Positions 15,848 to 24,094 of a stretch of 25,834 nt of DNA are shown piece by piece. Source of the DNA: an uncultured Thermodesulfovibrio sp. (lineage in GTDB: Bacteria > Nitrospirota > Thermodesulfovibrionia > Thermodesulfovibrionales > JdFR-85); NCBI GenBank assembly GCA_964639515.1, contig CAZXDE010000008.1, positions 1 to 25,834 of the forward strand, read 5' to 3'. The notes below the pieces were generated by a model. The model ran no database searches and had not been told where the DNA came from. It saw only the letters and a list, made by a program, of their open reading frames with translations. The number at the start of each line of letters is the position of its first letter. Positions within the stretch are counted from its first letter, which is position 1. Position numbers and translations under genes: made by a program.

Positions 15848-17038
15848 ATGGTATCGGAGAGAGCAAAGAGGGTCAAACCCTCACCAACACTTGCTATGGA
15901 TACGAAGGCAAAGGAGATGAAGTCACAGGGTATCGATGTGATAAGTTTCGGTGTAGGAGAGCCGGACTTTGATACACCTGATAATATAAAAGAGGCTGCC
16001 ATCCAGGCGATAAGGGATGGTCATACAAAGTACACCCCTGTGGGAGGAATCCCGCAACTCAAGGATGCAATAGCAGAAAAGCTTCGGAAGGATAACGCTC
16101 TCTCCTATAAAAAAGAAGAGATTATAGTATCATGTGGAGCAAAACACAGCCTCTATAATATAGCCCAGGCCATCCTGAGTCCGGGGGATGAAGTTGTCAT
16201 ACCCTCTCCATACTGGGTCTCTTACCCCGCGCAGGTACTCCTGAATGACGCAACCCCTGTTTTTGTCAAGACCCGTGAGGAAGATGATTTTATGGTTAAT
16301 CCCGATGAATTGAAGGAGTATATTACTGAGAGGACAAAGGCCATAATACTGAACTATCCGTCTAATCCCACCGGCCTTGGTTACAACCGTTCAACCCTTG
16401 AGGCAATTGCGGATGTTGCAGTGAAGAGCAATATCCGTATCATCTCTGATGAGATATACGAAAAACTCCTTTATGACGGTGCCGAGCATATCAGTATTGC
16501 CTCTCTGTCGGAGGAGGTCAAGGCATGTACAATAGTGGTAAACGGCCTATCGAAATCTCATGCCATGACCGGTTGGAGGATCGGCTATGCGGCAGGGCCG
16601 GAAGGTATCATTAAGGCCATGACCAAGATCCAGAGTCAGTCTACCTCCAACCCTGCATCTATTGCTCAATGGGCGGCAGTTGAGGCATTGAATGGGCCTC
16701 AGGATTTTATCAGGACAATGGTGGAAGAGTTTGACATAAGAAGGAGATTTCTTGTTGAGGCCTTAAACAATATAGAGGGGATACACTGCGGTCTTCCCAC
16801 AGGCGCCTTTTATGTCTTCCCGAATGTCTCCGGAGTACTTGGCAAGGGATACAAAGGCAGGATAATAGAGGATTCCTCAGCCCTTGCACTTTATTTCCTG
16901 GAAGAGGCCGGGGTTGCCCTTGTGCCGGGCAGTGCGTTCGGGGCCGAGGGATATATCAGGATATCCTATGCAACGTCTATGGAGAATATCCGAAAAGCTG
17001 TAGAACGGATAGGAGAAGCCATTGAAAAACTCTCATGA
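15848..17038 (+). CDS. aspC: aspartate aminotransferase (class I/II PLP-dependent)
   Basis: 396 aa with SFGVGEPDFDTP, YTPVGGIPQL, PYWVSY, NYPSNPTG, SDEIYE and the PLP-lysine motif GLSKSHAMTGWRIG. Confidence 0.92.
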   Translation: MVSERAKRVKPSPTLAMDTKAKEMKSQGIDVISFGVGEPDFDTPDNIKEAAIQAIRDGHTKYTPVGGIPQLKDAIAEKLRKDNALSYKKEEIIVSCGAKHSLYNIAQAILSPGDEVVIPSPYWVSYPAQVLLNDATPVFVKTREEDDFMVNPDELKEYITERTKAIILNYPSNPTGLGYNRSTLEAIADVAVKSNIRIISDEIYEKLLYDGAEHISIASLSEEVKACTIVVNGLSKSHAMTGWRIGYAAGPEGIIKAMTKIQSQSTSNPASIAQWAAVEALNGPQDFIRTMVEEFDIRRRFLVEALNNIEGIHCGLPTGAFYVFPNVSGVLGKGYKGRIIEDSSALALYFLEEAGVALVPGSAFGAEGYIRISYATSMENIRKAVERIGEAIEKLS

Positions 17039-17921
17039 GGAAGGTTTCCGTTCCGGCTATGTCTCCATACTGGGGAGGCCCAATGTAGGAAAATCCACTT
17101 TTCTCAACGCCATCCTCGGAGAGAAGGTTGCCATAGTAACAAGCAAACCCCAGACAACAAGAAACAGGATAATAGGGGTCAAGACAACCCCGTCGGCACA
17201 GATTGTTTTTATCGATACCCCCGGCATACACAAGCCAATGGGAAGGCTGGGTGAATTTATGGTGAAAGAGGCGATGGAGAGTCTCAAGGAGGTTGATATT
17301 GTCCTCCTTATGGTCGAGCCGCAAAAGCCCGGGACTGAAGAGACGGCAATAATCGACCTCTTTAAACAGAGGAAAAACCTGACGGTTTTTTTGCTGATCA
17401 ACAAGATAGACACAATCAGGAAAACCGAACTCCTTCCCATCATTGAGAAATACAACCTGCTTTATCCCTTTGATGAAATAATCCCGGTGTCTGCCGTAAG
17501 GGGAGACGGCCTTGATATCGTCCTCGGAAAGATAATTGATCGCCTGCCGGAAGGGCCAAAATACTATCCCGATGATATATTTACAGACCAGCTTGAACGG
17601 TTTATGGTGGCCGAGATAATTCGTGAGAAGATAATGAGCCTTACAGAGGAAGAGATACCCTATTCAGTGGCTGTGGAGGTGACTCAATGGGAAGAAAAAG
17701 AGGATATGATAGTAATCAATGCCAACATATATGTTGAAAAAGAGAGCCAAAAAGGTATAATAATAGGTAAGAGAGGTGCAATGCTTAAGGCCATCGGTAT
17801 TGCTTCGAGGGAGGAAATAGAGGGTTTGCTTAATACAAAGGTTTATATCGAACTATGGGTCAAGGTTAAAAAAGACTGGAGAAAGAAAACAGGTACATTA
17901 AGGGAGTTAGGGTACCGGTAA
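17022..17921 (+). CDS. era: GTPase Era
   Basis: 299 aa, TTG start. G1 GRPNVGKS, G2 KPQTTR, G3 DTPG, G4 NKID, and a KH domain (SQKGIIIGKRG, LWVKVKKDWR). Confidence 0.97.
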   Translation: MKNSHEEGFRSGYVSILGRPNVGKSTFLNAILGEKVAIVTSKPQTTRNRIIGVKTTPSAQIVFIDTPGIHKPMGRLGEFMVKEAMESLKEVDIVLLMVEPQKPGTEETAIIDLFKQRKNLTVFLLINKIDTIRKTELLPIIEKYNLLYPFDEIIPVSAVRGDGLDIVLGKIIDRLPEGPKYYPDDIFTDQLERFMVAEIIREKIMSLTEEEIPYSVAVEVTQWEEKEDMIVINANIYVEKESQKGIIIGKRGAMLKAIGIASREEIEGLLNTKVYIELWVKVKKDWRKKTGTLRELGYR

Positions 17922-18373
17922 TGCTGATCCAGATGAAGGTAGAAGGACTTCTTTTTGACCCGAGAAGCGGGATGTACATCCTCTTGCTTAAGGAAATAGA
18001 TGGGGCTCATACGCTTCCGATCTGGATAGGAAAGCCGGAGGCGGATTCCATTGCCCTTGCCCTTGGACGGGTTATAACACCGAGACCGCTGACCCATGAT
18101 CTCCTGAAGAATATCCTCACAACGCTTGATGTCGGGGTATCAAGAATCGTGGTTACGGATATTATAGACAACACCTATTATGCCAGCCTTTACCTGCTTA
18201 AGGGCAGCAAGGAGATACCCGTAGATTCAAGGCCAAGTGATGCCGTTGCCATAGCATTAAGGCTTCATGTCCCCATATTTGTTGAAGATGATATACTTGA
18301 AAAGAGGAACACTGACGAGCTGGAGGAATGGCTGAAAAATCTGAAACCCGAGGATTTCGGAAATATAATGTAA
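17921..18373 (+). CDS. bifunctional nuclease family protein (DUF151/BFN)
   Basis: 150 aa with LPIWIGKPEADSIA, RPLTHDLL, FY-type YYASLYL and VDSRPSDAVAIALR. TAATG overlap with era. Confidence 0.92.
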   Translation: MLIQMKVEGLLFDPRSGMYILLLKEIDGAHTLPIWIGKPEADSIALALGRVITPRPLTHDLLKNILTTLDVGVSRIVVTDIIDNTYYASLYLLKGSKEIPVDSRPSDAVAIALRLHVPIFVEDDILEKRNTDELEEWLKNLKPEDFGNIM

Positions 18374-18425
18374 GGCTCGGGGCCTTGCTTCAGCGGCAGG
18401 CTTTCAGCCGGCATTTATCTAAATA

Positions 18426-19166
18426 ATGTTAAAAAAGACCGAAGGCATTGTTCTGAGAAACAGACCCCACCTTGAGGCAGACCTTATTGTAACCTATCTT
18501 ACCCCCTCTCATGGAATACTGAACCTGTATGCAAAAAGCCCAAGGAAGATAGGCAGCAGGTTCGGCAGTAGCCTGGAGCCCCTTACCTATGCAAGGATAA
18601 GTTGTTTCGGTAAGGAGCAGGCTGTCCTTCCAAGGCTGACACAGTCCGATATAATAAGAACATTTAATATCCTCAGGGAATCCACAGACTCCTTTATAAG
18701 GATATCCGAGATACTCGAAATAACACTAAAACTCCTTCCGGAGAGAGAACCTGCCCGTATGGTTTTCCCGCTTCTCCTCAACATGCTTTTATCCCTTGAA
18801 AGGGAACCGGGGAATTCACTATATTTAACCTTCTATAAATTGAGGATACTCTCGCTTGCAGGTTTTGCCCCGGGGGTGGGACAATGTGTAAGGTGCGGGA
18901 GAATAGCCGAAAGGTTTTATTTCAGCGAAGGGAGCACTGTTTGCAGGAGTTGCGCAGGTCCGGCTGATGGTTTCATGGAACTCAGTCCGCCCGTGCAGAG
19001 GGTCTATAATTACCTCATGAGAACCGGGCCTGCAACGGTCAGGCGGTTGAGGTTGACTGAAGAGGTCCACTCGGGGCTTGAAGCACTGATAAACTCTCAT
19101 ATAAACTATACCGTAGTGGGAAAACTGAATACGAGAGAATATGCAGAAGGACTGAAAGCCCTGTAG
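18426..19166 (+). CDS. recO: DNA repair protein RecO
   Basis: 246 aa with EGIVLR..EADLIVTYLT (OB fold), FGSSLEP and a zinc finger CVRC...CRSC. Near era. Confidence 0.93.
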   Translation: MLKKTEGIVLRNRPHLEADLIVTYLTPSHGILNLYAKSPRKIGSRFGSSLEPLTYARISCFGKEQAVLPRLTQSDIIRTFNILRESTDSFIRISEILEITLKLLPEREPARMVFPLLLNMLLSLEREPGNSLYLTFYKLRILSLAGFAPGVGQCVRCGRIAERFYFSEGSTVCRSCAGPADGFMELSPPVQRVYNYLMRTGPATVRRLRLTEEVHSGLEALINSHINYTVVGKLNTREYAEGLKAL

Positions 19167-19285
19167 TCTTTTGATAATTCCTGTTGTTTCTCCATGTTTC
19201 TCAGGATTTCAATATCATAAATCGTTCAATTTAGGTTAAAATTATCTCTGTAAATCATGTGCTGCTTATAAGATAAGAGGATACA

Positions 19286-19735
19286 ATGAAAGGCAAACGG
19301 GAGACCATAAAAGACCTCATCTCCATTCAGGAGAGGGTAAACAGGTTGTTTGAGGATGTTCTTGTTGATATGGAAGAAACAGGGGAGGGCCGGTCCGTTT
19401 CCTGGTCTCCACGGGTGGATATCTATGAGACCGAAGATGAGTTTGTTGTAAATGCCGAACTTCCCGGAGTGAAAGAAAAAAATCTGGATATCAAGGTTGA
19501 GGGCAATGCCCTTGTGATAAAGGGTTACAGACCTCATCTTCATGATTTGTCTTCAGAGGAAACCAGGGGGAAATACCACATGGTCGAATGCACATATGGT
19601 GCATTCAAGAGGTCCTTTCTGCTTCCCGAAAGTGTTGACTCCGGAAGGATCACAGCCATGCTCAAGGATGGGATTCTCAGGATTGTATTGCCGAAAAAAT
19701 CAAGGGATGTTGCAAAAAATATAAGGATAGATTGA
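19286..19735 (+). CDS. small heat shock protein (Hsp20/alpha-crystallin)
   Basis: 149 aa with WSPRVDIYETEDEFVVNAELPGV, YGAFKRSFLLP and AMLKDGILRIVLPK. Confidence 0.95.
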   Translation: MKGKRETIKDLISIQERVNRLFEDVLVDMEETGEGRSVSWSPRVDIYETEDEFVVNAELPGVKEKNLDIKVEGNALVIKGYRPHLHDLSSEETRGKYHMVECTYGAFKRSFLLPESVDSGRITAMLKDGILRIVLPKKSRDVAKNIRID

Positions 19736-19744
19736 AGGCATGAC

Positions 19745-20320
19745 ATGTTGAGTGCAAAACTGGGACATTTCCTTGACAAACCCCTGGAACCCATTGCAAG
19801 GCGAATAAGGTTAAATCCAAACTTTTTTACTGCTGCAGGCTTCCTGATTACAGTTGCAGCATCCGTCACAATACCATATAACCCGAAAATCGGCGGCGTT
19901 CTGATACTTCTTGGCGGAGCATTTGATGTGCTGGATGGCGTAGTGGCAAGGACAAACGGAAAGGTTACGGACTTTGGTGCCTTTCTCGATTCCGTACTCG
20001 ACCGTTACTCAGACGCCTTTCTCTTTCTTGCCATTGCCTGGTACATGGTACTTCAGGGTGAGGAAACAGGGGTTTTCCTCAGTATAGGAGCCCTCGTAGG
20101 TGCCTTTCTGATCAGTTATGCAAGGGCCCGGGCAGGGGCACTTGGCAGGAATTGCCATACCGGTATTATGGAGAGGCCCGAGCGTATAATCCTTATTGCC
20201 GTGGCCTGTTTTACAGGCTATTTCCTGCCGATCCTCTGGCTGCTCTTTATCCTCACTCACCTTACGGTTATTCAGAGAATCATTCATGTAAAAAAAGAGT
20301 GCCTCAAACAAAAGACTTAA
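19745..20320 (+). CDS. CDP-alcohol phosphatidyltransferase (PIP-synthase/archaeal PgsA-like subfamily)
   Basis: 191 aa with LNPNFFT, DVLDGVVAR..G..TDFGAFLDSVLDRYSD, SYARARA and GIMERPER. Confidence 0.88.
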   Translation: MLSAKLGHFLDKPLEPIARRIRLNPNFFTAAGFLITVAASVTIPYNPKIGGVLILLGGAFDVLDGVVARTNGKVTDFGAFLDSVLDRYSDAFLFLAIAWYMVLQGEETGVFLSIGALVGAFLISYARARAGALGRNCHTGIMERPERIILIAVACFTGYFLPILWLLFILTHLTVIQRIIHVKKECLKQKT

Positions 20321-20386
20321 AGCCCTTTTCCCCGCCGGCAACCCCGGAGGTTTCCACTCCTGTATACACATAACCCGGCCATCGGG

Positions 20387-20392
20387 TATAAT
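20387..20392 (+). promoter_or_regulatory. candidate -10 element for the sulfotransferase-surE unit
   Basis: TATAAT lies 13 nt upstream of the ATG at 20406, with no SD. It is preceded by the inverted repeat ACCCG-gccat-CGGGT (20373-20387). Confidence 0.4.
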
Positions 20393-20405
20393 AAATTGTC
20401 GTGTT

Positions 20406-21227
20406 ATGGGACCAAACTTTCTATGTATCGGAACCTATCGTGCCGGGACTACCTGGCTCTATAGGGTGCTTAAGGAACATCCGGATATCTTTCTCCCTGA
20501 TGAGAAGGAGCTGATGTTTTTCAGTCATCATTACGACAAGGGTGTCGGATGGTACGAAAAGTTCTTTGAAGGCCGACATGGACGGAAGTGTGCCGGAGAC
20601 ATATCACCGACATATCTGAGTTCACCACAGGCAGCCGCACGCATTTACAGGCACTTCCCTGATGTAAAGCTGATCGTTTCACTCCGTAATCCGCCGGAGC
20701 AGGTGTATTCATTGTATAAGTTGTGGCTTACAAGGAGTTATACCGACAGGGATATCAGTATTGCCATTGAAGAGGAGCAGGAGTTTCTGGACAATATCCT
20801 CTACTGGAGGCATTTGTCGAGGTATCTCGAATTCTTTGACCGGAAAAACATCCTGGTCCTGTTTTTTGAGGACCTGAAAGAGGACCCAAAGGCATATCTT
20901 AAACAGGTATACGGATTTCTGGGTGTTGAGGAGCGTTATCCGGAGAGCATATATGAAAAATACAATCAATACAGAAAGCCACGGAATATGATAGTGGAAA
21001 ATATCATAACCGGTACCGGCGACCTGCTTCGCCGGCTGAGGCTTCTTAAGTTCAAGTCTCTTCTCAACAATATCGGTGTCAGTGAGTGGATAAAGAAGTT
21101 TAATACCAGGAGAGAGAAGAAGGACGAGATGCCCAAAGAGGTTCGCAGCCGTATTAATGAGTATATAAAAGACGACAAGCGCAGGCTTGAAGAGTTTGTG
21201 GGAAGGGACCTCTCCTTCTGGAGATGA
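20406..21227 (+). CDS. PAPS-dependent sulfotransferase family protein
   Basis: 273 aa with a 5'-PSB loop FLCIGTYRAGTTWL, HPDIF..KELMFF, GDISPTYL, a 3'-PB-like LRNPPEQVYS and ILVLFFEDL. Confidence 0.88.
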   Translation: MGPNFLCIGTYRAGTTWLYRVLKEHPDIFLPDEKELMFFSHHYDKGVGWYEKFFEGRHGRKCAGDISPTYLSSPQAAARIYRHFPDVKLIVSLRNPPEQVYSLYKLWLTRSYTDRDISIAIEEEQEFLDNILYWRHLSRYLEFFDRKNILVLFFEDLKEDPKAYLKQVYGFLGVEERYPESIYEKYNQYRKPRNMIVENIITGTGDLLRRLRLLKFKSLLNNIGVSEWIKKFNTRREKKDEMPKEVRSRINEYIKDDKRRLEEFVGRDLSFWR

Positions 21228-21239
21228 CTGGAGCTGATC

Positions 21240-21998
21240 ATGCCGATTATTCTTGTTACCAACGATGATGGAATACATTCAGAGGGACTTATGGCCCTGT
21301 ACCGGGCCATGGGGGATATTGCAGACGCCTATATTGTGGCGCCTGACAGGGAAAAGAGTGCCGTCAGTCATGCCCTCACCATGCACCGGCCCCTCAGGGT
21401 TGAAGAGGTAAAAGAGAAGATATATACCGTGAATGGAACACCTACCGACTGTGTTGTAGTAGCAGTTGAGAAGGTGCTTCCTGAAAAACCCATGATGGTA
21501 ATATCAGGCATAAATCGCGGTGCAAACCTTGGTGATGACATTACCTACTCAGGAACGGTCTCTGCTGCCATAGAGGGTACGATATTCGGCATTCCTTCCG
21601 TGGCGGTCTCAACAGTCCTTACTGATGAAAAGGCTATCTGCTTTGAGGCTGCTGCAAACTTCTCCAGGAGACTCGTCAGATTTGTCCTTCAGCACGGGCT
21701 TCCGCCGGACACAATCCTTAATGTAAATGTACCGGACCTACCGGAAGATGAAGTGAAGGGCATTAAATTCACCAGGCAGGGCAAAAGGGTGTATGATAAT
21801 GCGATTCATGAGACCCTTGATCCCTGGGGGAGAAAACATTTCTGGATAGGGGGGGGCATACCTTCATGGGAAGAAGGTAATGATACGGATTTCAACGCCG
21901 TCACCAACGGATATATCTCGATAACCCCGATACATCTTGACCTCACCAATTACGAGGCACTGACCTATCTGAGGGAAAACTGGAGGGACCTTGCCTGA
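21240..21998 (+). CDS. surE: 5'/3'-nucleotidase SurE
   Basis: 252 aa with LVTNDDG, VAPDREKS, NGTPTDCV, SGINRGANLG, YSGTVSAA and SITPIHLDLT. Confidence 0.96.
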   Translation: MPIILVTNDDGIHSEGLMALYRAMGDIADAYIVAPDREKSAVSHALTMHRPLRVEEVKEKIYTVNGTPTDCVVVAVEKVLPEKPMMVISGINRGANLGDDITYSGTVSAAIEGTIFGIPSVAVSTVLTDEKAICFEAAANFSRRLVRFVLQHGLPPDTILNVNVPDLPEDEVKGIKFTRQGKRVYDNAIHETLDPWGRKHFWIGGGIPSWEEGNDTDFNAVTNGYISITPIHLDLTNYEALTYLRENWRDLA

Positions 21999-23382
21999 TA
22001 CGAAAAAGCTTTATGACGTTATAGTTATCGGTGCCGGACCTGCCGGTATCTTTGCAGTCCTTGAACTGCTGAAAGATGCCCCCCACGCAAAGATACTGCT
22101 GATTGAGAAGGGCAGGGACATAGACCGGAGAAAGTGTCCGATGATGCAGGGAAAGACCTCCTGTGCATCATGTGCCATATGCGATTTGCTGAGCGGATGG
22201 GGTGGGGCAGGGGCTTTCAGTGACGGTAAATTAAACCTCTCCTCCGAGGTGGGAGGTCACCTTGCCAGGTATATGGATAAGGAGACACTTGAGGGTCTTA
22301 TCAGGTATGTGGACGATGTGTACAGGCAATACGGCGCTCCTGAAAAGGTATTCGGTGAGTCTTTGGAGGAGACAGAGAAGATTAAAAACCTTGCATCAAG
22401 GAACGACCTTCTGTTTATTCACACAAGGATAAGACATATCGGCACTGAACGGTGCAAGGAACTTCTGGAACGAATGCGGGTATATATTAACGAAAAAATC
22501 GACGTGGTATTTAATAAGAAAGTAACAAAAATTCTTACTGATGGTAATAAAGCCACAGGAGTAAAGGTAATTACCGGTGAAGAGTACAGGGGGAGGTTTA
22601 TCCTGTCGGCGCCGGGCCGTGAGGGGTCAAGATGGCTTGAGAGGGAGGCCAAGAGACTGAAACTGACTCTTCTGAACAACCCTGTAGATGTGGGCGTGCG
22701 GGTTGAGGTGCCTGCATCCGTCATGGAACCGCTCACATCCGTTACCTATGAACCAAAGCTTATTTATTATTCAAAGGCGTTTGACGACAGGGTCAGGACC
22801 TTTTGTGTCAATCCCTACGGAGAGGTTGTCAAGGAATACCTCAAGGGCATCTGGACGGTAAACGGCCACAGCTATGCACGCCACAAGACAGGCAACACGA
22901 ATTTTGCCTTGCTTGTAAGCACCTATTTCACAGAGCCTTTTAAAGAGCCCATATCCTACGGCAGATACATTGCACGCCTTGCAAATTTTCTCGGACAGGG
23001 GGTCATCGTACAGAGGCTCGGAGACCTCAGGCGGGGCAGGCGTTCAACTCCTGAGCGGATATCCTCAGGCATTGTGGAGCCCACGCTTAAGGATACCACT
23101 CCCGGAGATCTCAGTTTTGTTCTCCCCTACAGGTACCTTACCGATATACTTGAGATGATAGAGGCCCTTGACCGGATTGCGCCGGGTGTTAACTCAAGAC
23201 ATACCCTGCTCTATGGTGTAGAGGTCAAGTTCTATTCAATGCAGATAAAGCTCACTCCGGAGTTTGAGTCGGAGATAGAGAACCTCTTTGCCATAGGTGA
23301 TGGTGCAGGGGTGAGCCGGGGCCTTATCCAGGCCTCTGCATCAGGTGTGATGGCGGCAAGGGCTGTTATTAAGAGGATGTAA
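21991..23382 (+). CDS. uncharacterised FAD/NAD(P)-dependent oxidoreductase (COG2509-like)
   Basis: 463 aa, TTG start with GGAGG at 21982-21986. Motifs IGAGPAG, GWGGAGAFSDGKL, VDVGVRVEV, VRTFCVNPYG, VNGHS, GVEVKFYS and GDGAGVSRGL. Confidence 0.85.
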   Translation: MPDTKKLYDVIVIGAGPAGIFAVLELLKDAPHAKILLIEKGRDIDRRKCPMMQGKTSCASCAICDLLSGWGGAGAFSDGKLNLSSEVGGHLARYMDKETLEGLIRYVDDVYRQYGAPEKVFGESLEETEKIKNLASRNDLLFIHTRIRHIGTERCKELLERMRVYINEKIDVVFNKKVTKILTDGNKATGVKVITGEEYRGRFILSAPGREGSRWLEREAKRLKLTLLNNPVDVGVRVEVPASVMEPLTSVTYEPKLIYYSKAFDDRVRTFCVNPYGEVVKEYLKGIWTVNGHSYARHKTGNTNFALLVSTYFTEPFKEPISYGRYIARLANFLGQGVIVQRLGDLRRGRRSTPERISSGIVEPTLKDTTPGDLSFVLPYRYLTDILEMIEALDRIAPGVNSRHTLLYGVEVKFYSMQIKLTPEFESEIENLFAIGDGAGVSRGLIQASASGVMAARAVIKRM

Positions 23383-23385
23383 TTT

Positions 23386-24027
23386 ATGGATTACGAAGAG
23401 CTGAGAAGACTTATGGTTGAGACCCAGCTTGTTCCCAGGGGGATCAAGGACCAGCGCGTACTGAAAGCAATGCTGAAGGTTCCACGTCACCTCTTTGTGG
23501 ATAAGCCCATCCAGCATAAGGCATACGAGGACATGGCCCTTCCGATCGGGGATGGTCAGACCATATCCCAGCCCTACATGGTTGCGGTAATGACCGAACT
23601 CCTTGAATTAAAAGGCAATGAGCGGGTGCTTGAGGTCGGAACGGGTTCAGGATATCAGGCGGCTATACTTGCCGAGCTTGCCGCAGAGGTCTTTTCCATT
23701 GAGCGGATGGAGCACCTGGCACTCAGGGCCCGGGAGCGTCTCAGGGAATCAGGGGATGACAATGTACACATAATAACAGGTGACGGGACTGCGGGATTGC
23801 CTGAAAAGGCCCCTTTTGACAGGATTATCATAACTGCCGGTACTCCTCAGTTACCCGAGCCCCTCAAGGAACAGCTTGCCGACAATGGCATCCTTGTTGC
23901 CCCTGTTGGTGCAAGATTCAGTCAACAATTGATAAGACTCAGGAAAGAAAAAGGCAAAATAACCGAGGAATATCACACTCCCTGTGTATTTGTACCCCTG
24001 GTGGGTGAATATGGCTGGAAAGAATAA
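23386..24027 (+). CDS. pcm: protein-L-isoaspartate O-methyltransferase
   Basis: 213 aa with VPRHLFV, IGDGQTISQPYMVA, the SAM motif VLEVGTGSGYQAAILA, GDGTAG, PFDRIIITA and FVPLVG. Confidence 0.96.
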   Translation: MDYEELRRLMVETQLVPRGIKDQRVLKAMLKVPRHLFVDKPIQHKAYEDMALPIGDGQTISQPYMVAVMTELLELKGNERVLEVGTGSGYQAAILAELAAEVFSIERMEHLALRARERLRESGDDNVHIITGDGTAGLPEKAPFDRIIITAGTPQLPEPLKEQLADNGILVAPVGARFSQQLIRLRKEKGKITEEYHTPCVFVPLVGEYGWKE

Positions 24028-24036
24028 GTGGATATA

Positions 24037-24045
24037 TGATAAAAT
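24037..24045 (+). promoter_or_regulatory. candidate extended -10 promoter for ilvB
   Basis: TG-A-TAAAAT lies about 50 nt upstream of the ilvB ATG, and an SD-like GGGAG follows within the leader. Confidence 0.4.
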
Positions 24046-24094
24046 CTAATGCTGAACCAAAACTAAATCAGTCTTTCAGGGAGTTGAACAGAAC

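Noticed and set aside
19167-19760. CIRCE or sigma32 heat-shock element for hsp20
   Set aside because: There is no TTAGCACTC-N9-GAGTGCTAA or TTGAAA/CCCCAT match upstream. The GAGTGCAAA near 19751 is an unpaired half-site inside the next gene.
20709-21278. 189-aa minus-strand ORF
   Set aside because: It is antisense to the sulfotransferase and has no recognisable domain.
21849-21856. G8 tract in surE as a phase-variation site
   Set aside because: It is in frame and encodes the normal WIGG glycine-rich segment, and the tract is short.
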